Origin: a virus
Virus record (IMG/VR): IMGVR_UViG_3300032431_000019
Location: 1 to 42,174 of that record
Reading direction: 5' to 3' (one strand)
Length of the DNA stretch: 42,174 bases
Positions 39,300-42,174 of this stretch are shown here, piece after piece. The notes beneath the pieces are model-generated. The model was not told where the DNA came from. It was given only the letters and a program-made list of their open reading frames with translations, and made no database searches. The position numbers and the translations under genes are program-made. Each line of letters starts with the position of its first letter. Position 1 is the stretch's first letter.

Positions 39300-42174
39300 T
39301 ACCTACCTGTCCTCTACCATCTGGACGCGCTAAAGTTGCGTTCACTCAAGATGAAAGCAAGACCATCAAAGCGCGTACTGCTGCTGTGCTCAAAGAGCGC
39401 AAGATGGCTATTGATTACGTTAAGATGCTCGACACTCCTGAGACTGTCAAGATACTGACTGATGCTGAAAATGCAGTAGTTACCGCTCAAAACGCTACCA
39501 ACAAACTTCGCACACGTATTGAGAACCTTGTACTCAACGACAAGTCTATCACCGCCAATCTTGTATCGCGTCGCAAAGTTGTCGCCGCAGAGGAGGTAGC
39601 CGTCAAAGCCAGTAAAAAAGTCGAGCAAAACATTCAGAACTCTATCGACAAGCTTGACACTGCTTTTAACAAAGCTAATTCTGACGTTGACCCTAGCCTC
39701 ATTAAATCTTACGAGAACCTCTTCTACCTTGCGAAGAAAACTACTGACCCTGAGACACTCAAGAAGATTGACTCTGCTCTTGTGCAGATGGAGAAAGCTC
39801 TCGAGAAAGAAGCAAAGGGAGTAGCGGGTGAATTGAAGAAACTTTACAAGACGCGCGATGGTCTTATAAGTCAGCAGAACAAGCAAGTTCTCACAACTGC
39901 GAAGGCGCAACAGAGGGTAATAAAAGCGGAGAAACAGTGGGGTGAAGCTGCTGCGAAGGTAGACAAGCAACTATCATCGGACTACACCAAAGCACAGGCA
40001 GAACTTGATGGTGCGCAATTTAAGCTCGACATGACGCGCGATGTGCAAAATCGTTACGAAGCACAACGTCGCTCTAACGTCGATGATTTAGCACAGACGC
40101 GACTTAACCGCGATGCTTACCACTCAAACCTCACCGAGTCAATTGACCTTGACCCAAGACAGGGTAGAGGTGTTATGGATTGGGCTGTGTCAAAGTTTGG
40201 CATCACGATGGAACTAATTAAAAGTATGAGTCCTGCCATTAAAGTGCGACTTGGTTTGCAACGTGCTGGTACTATTGCTGAGACTGCGGTTAACAGAATT
40301 TCTGATATAGTAGAAATTAAGAAGCTTATGGACTTCCGTAATGAGTTCACTAAAGCCGCAGACGCATTAGGTATTACACCCAACCAGCGTCGCGTGTTGA
40401 TGGTAGATACTATCGAGAAAGGTCAGATACCAAATTTCTTGTCATACTTTGACCCCGACAACTTTGCAGTGCGTCATGTACAAGAGGCACGTTATCAGCA
40501 GTACCAAACAGAAATGATTCGCGCTGGTTTCACACAACCACAGATTGACCAGTTCATTAACCAAGCTGTAGATGTGTCGCGCATCTCTGATGACATTCGC
40601 AAAATGGCTGTGTCATTTGGTGTAGATATTGACAAGATGGAACCGTTCTTGGGGTACATTACGCGCATCTTTAACATGGATGGTAAAATATGGCGTAGGC
40701 GTATCATTGAAGCTGAGGCTAAGCAAGGTAGCGTTCTACCTGTTGGTAAAGATGCAAAGTTCAAGTTCGACATTGCGCGTAAGTATGACTACCTTGTACC
40801 AACTGACCTTGACCTTGCAGCTGAGATAATGCAAGTTTCACCTCCAGACTTACTAGCACTCATCGACAATCCGTTACAGATGCAGTTGTTTATGGAAGCT
40901 AATTTATCTGTTGCCCAGATAGATACACTTCTCAATGTTGGCTTTTTCCAGAAGTTACCTATGAGCACCTCAGAGGTGTTTGACTACTTGAAGACTCAAT
41001 ACCAGCTACCCTTCAATAGCGCGGCTGATATGTTTGAGCTTGACCCTGTGGTGCTAATGCAGAGCTACTCCAGAGCTATTGGTGACCAAGCTAACATTTC
41101 TATGATGTTGACTGGTATACTTGCAGAAGATGGTGTAAAGCTTGGTTGGAGTATACCAAAGGGTGTATACGAGAACGACGCGTTACTACCAGTCGGACAG
41201 CGTAAGTACGCTAATTACGTTAAGATGGAAGACAAGATGCTTGAGTGGACTTCGCGATTAGGTATAACTGCTGAAACGCAAGCTGCTTTAGGTGACATAC
41301 TCATGAACCCTGTAGTGGCTGACCAAGTTATCGCCATACTCGACATCACTAAATCTCCAGCGTTGCTTGGACAGCTTGGGGGTGCTATTGGTGCAATCAA
41401 CACTTTCTACTCAAAGCTAAAAGGTGGTAATCTTGTTGCTAACGCGCCTGTCTACCTCGCTAACCAAGTGCGCGGAAACTACCACCAAATGCATGCTGCT
41501 GGTGCAAACGTTCTTTTATACCTGCCCACATTCAATGATGTTCGTAGAGTAGTTAGTGGTGAAGGACTTGACCACTTAGACAACACCATCAAAAAGTATG
41601 AAATAGATGGTAAGCAGCTGACTGAGCGCGAACTATTTCTTGACCATGTTTACCAAGAGCATGGTACATCTAGTACTGCAATATTCGGTGAACGTGGTAA
41701 ACCAGCCTCATTCAACCCTAAAGATGCTGCGCGTGAGATGATTGGCAACAGTAGTTCGTCAATGTACCAACTCATGATGTATATGTTTGGTAGTGGTGAA
41801 CTGACTGGAGGTAAGGCGCTGAACTCAATGGAGCGCATCTTGGGAGGTGTAGATTATTTTATGCAGAAGTCGGGTGCTGTCATTGATGGTTTATCTTCAC
41901 CTGTATTCTATACTGCTAACATGATTGACTTCGCTGCGAAGTACACTACTCTACGGTCTGTAGTTAAGCGCATTGATGGTGCAGATACTTTCGATAAAGG
42001 CATGACTTACATGTTTTCGCAGAGCATGAAACAGTTTGATACAACTGAAGCGCTTAACAAGCACATTCGTAACTACTTCCCAGATATGCGCGACGTTGGT
42101 AGCGCAACATACGCTATCGACAAATACGCCATCATGTACTTCTCTTGGCAAGCTTCAATGATGCCGCGTGTACT
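39293..42174 (+). CDS. N-terminal part of the wrap-around 1318-aa giant internal virion (ejection) protein; continues at 1-1202
   Basis: ATG 39293 overlaps the upstream stop (ATGCTAA). There is no in-frame stop to the window end, so the ORF is absent from the track. The first roughly 250 aa are K/E/A-rich coiled coil. Confidence 0.85.
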   Translation, partial: MLIPTCPLPSGRAKVAFTQDESKTIKARTAAVLKERKMAIDYVKMLDTPETVKILTDAENAVVTAQNATNKLRTRIENLVLNDKSITANLVSRRKVVAAEEVAVKASKKVEQNIQNSIDKLDTAFNKANSDVDPSLIKSYENLFYLAKKTTDPETLKKIDSALVQMEKALEKEAKGVAGELKKLYKTRDGLISQQNKQVLTTAKAQQRVIKAEKQWGEAAAKVDKQLSSDYTKAQAELDGAQFKLDMTRDVQNRYEAQRRSNVDDLAQTRLNRDAYHSNLTESIDLDPRQGRGVMDWAVSKFGITMELIKSMSPAIKVRLGLQRAGTIAETAVNRISDIVEIKKLMDFRNEFTKAADALGITPNQRRVLMVDTIEKGQIPNFLSYFDPDNFAVRHVQEARYQQYQTEMIRAGFTQPQIDQFINQAVDVSRISDDIRKMAVSFGVDIDKMEPFLGYITRIFNMDGKIWRRRIIEAEAKQGSVLPVGKDAKFKFDIARKYDYLVPTDLDLAAEIMQVSPPDLLALIDNPLQMQLFMEANLSVAQIDTLLNVGFFQKLPMSTSEVFDYLKTQYQLPFNSAADMFELDPVVLMQSYSRAIGDQANISMMLTGILAEDGVKLGWSIPKGVYENDALLPVGQRKYANYVKMEDKMLEWTSRLGITAETQAALGDILMNPVVADQVIAILDITKSPALLGQLGGAIGAINTFYSKLKGGNLVANAPVYLANQVRGNYHQMHAAGANVLLYLPTFNDVRRVVSGEGLDHLDNTIKKYEIDGKQLTERELFLDHVYQEHGTSSTAIFGERGKPASFNPKDAAREMIGNSSSSMYQLMMYMFGSGELTGGKALNSMERILGGVDYFMQKSGAVIDGLSSPVFYTANMIDFAAKYTTLRSVVKRIDGADTFDKGMTYMFSQSMKQFDTTEALNKHIRNYFPDMRDVGSATYAIDKYAIMYFSWQASMMPRV
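42048..42174. repeat. Terminal duplication, copy 2 (identical to 1-127)
   Basis: Direct reading. See the feature at 1-127. Confidence 0.95.

Noticed and set aside
39314-39970. 218-aa minus-strand ORF antisense to the start of the giant virion gene
   Set aside because: Its Leu/Phe/Arg/Ser-rich translation is the typical mirror of a K/E/A-rich coiled-coil coding strand. It has no SD and interrupts an otherwise uniformly plus-strand operon.
39293-42174. Idea that the 1318-aa wrap-around protein is a virion-packaged RNA polymerase (as in N4-like or crAss-like phages)
   Set aside because: I translated the whole ORF by eye and found no DxDxD/NADFDGD-like metal-binding motif and no T7-type motifs A/C. 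This cannot be excluded without structure-based searches, so it stays only as a check suggested in the findings.
1-42174. Search for tRNA genes, CRISPR arrays, integrase/repressor lysogeny genes, reverse transcriptase (DGR/retron), introns or inteins and homing endonucleases
   Set aside because: No cloverleaf-like GTTCGAATC-type T-loops were seen. No regularly spaced direct repeats occur beyond the short iterons. No tyrosine or serine recombinase, CI-like or YxDD motifs were seen. Polymerase, helicase and terminase motifs are contiguous.

Overview
The window is a complete, circularly closed assembly of a dsDNA tailed phage. An exact 127-bp copy at both ends gives a unique length of 42,047 bp. 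Gene content and order are podovirus-like and T7-supergroup-like, but no phage RNA polymerase, integrase, tRNA or CRISPR array is visible. This resembles RNAP-less marine T7-like podoviruses (an inference; no search was run).

The genome has two arms.
- An early and DNA-metabolism arm lies on the minus strand, from promoters at about 18591 down to 2193. It encodes many small early ORFs, a ParB/Srx-like protein, a T7 gp4-like primase-helicase, T7 endonuclease I, family A DNA polymerase and a minimal ATP-dependent ligase. It ends in a translationally coupled cassette: Sak3/Rad52-like annealase, a 100-aa ORF, a PD-(D/E)XK exonuclease, a MoxR/CobS-like AAA+ ATPase and a CobT-like VWA protein.
- A late arm lies on the plus strand, from 19179 across the circular junction to 1913. 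It encodes beta-rich fibre-like proteins, TerL, portal, scaffold, HK97/T7-like capsid, a KTSC protein, tail tubular proteins and three giant internal virion proteins of 947, 924 and 1318 aa. The last of these wraps around the junction.

The arms converge on a bidirectional terminator (2160-2194). They diverge from a roughly 640-bp non-coding hub (18538-19178) with alternating purine-pyrimidine tracts, an AT-rich block and three iteron families.

The strongest leads are:
- the recombination and AAA+/VWA cassette, including an unrecognised tandem N-terminal domain on the ATPase;
- the structured divergent hub;
- conserved intergenic palindromic hairpins, 19-nt repeats and paralogous early genes;
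- a shared basic C-terminal tail on unrelated early proteins;
- consensus sigma70-type promoters in the early arm only.

All functional calls rest on motifs read by eye and on synteny. No database search was possible.
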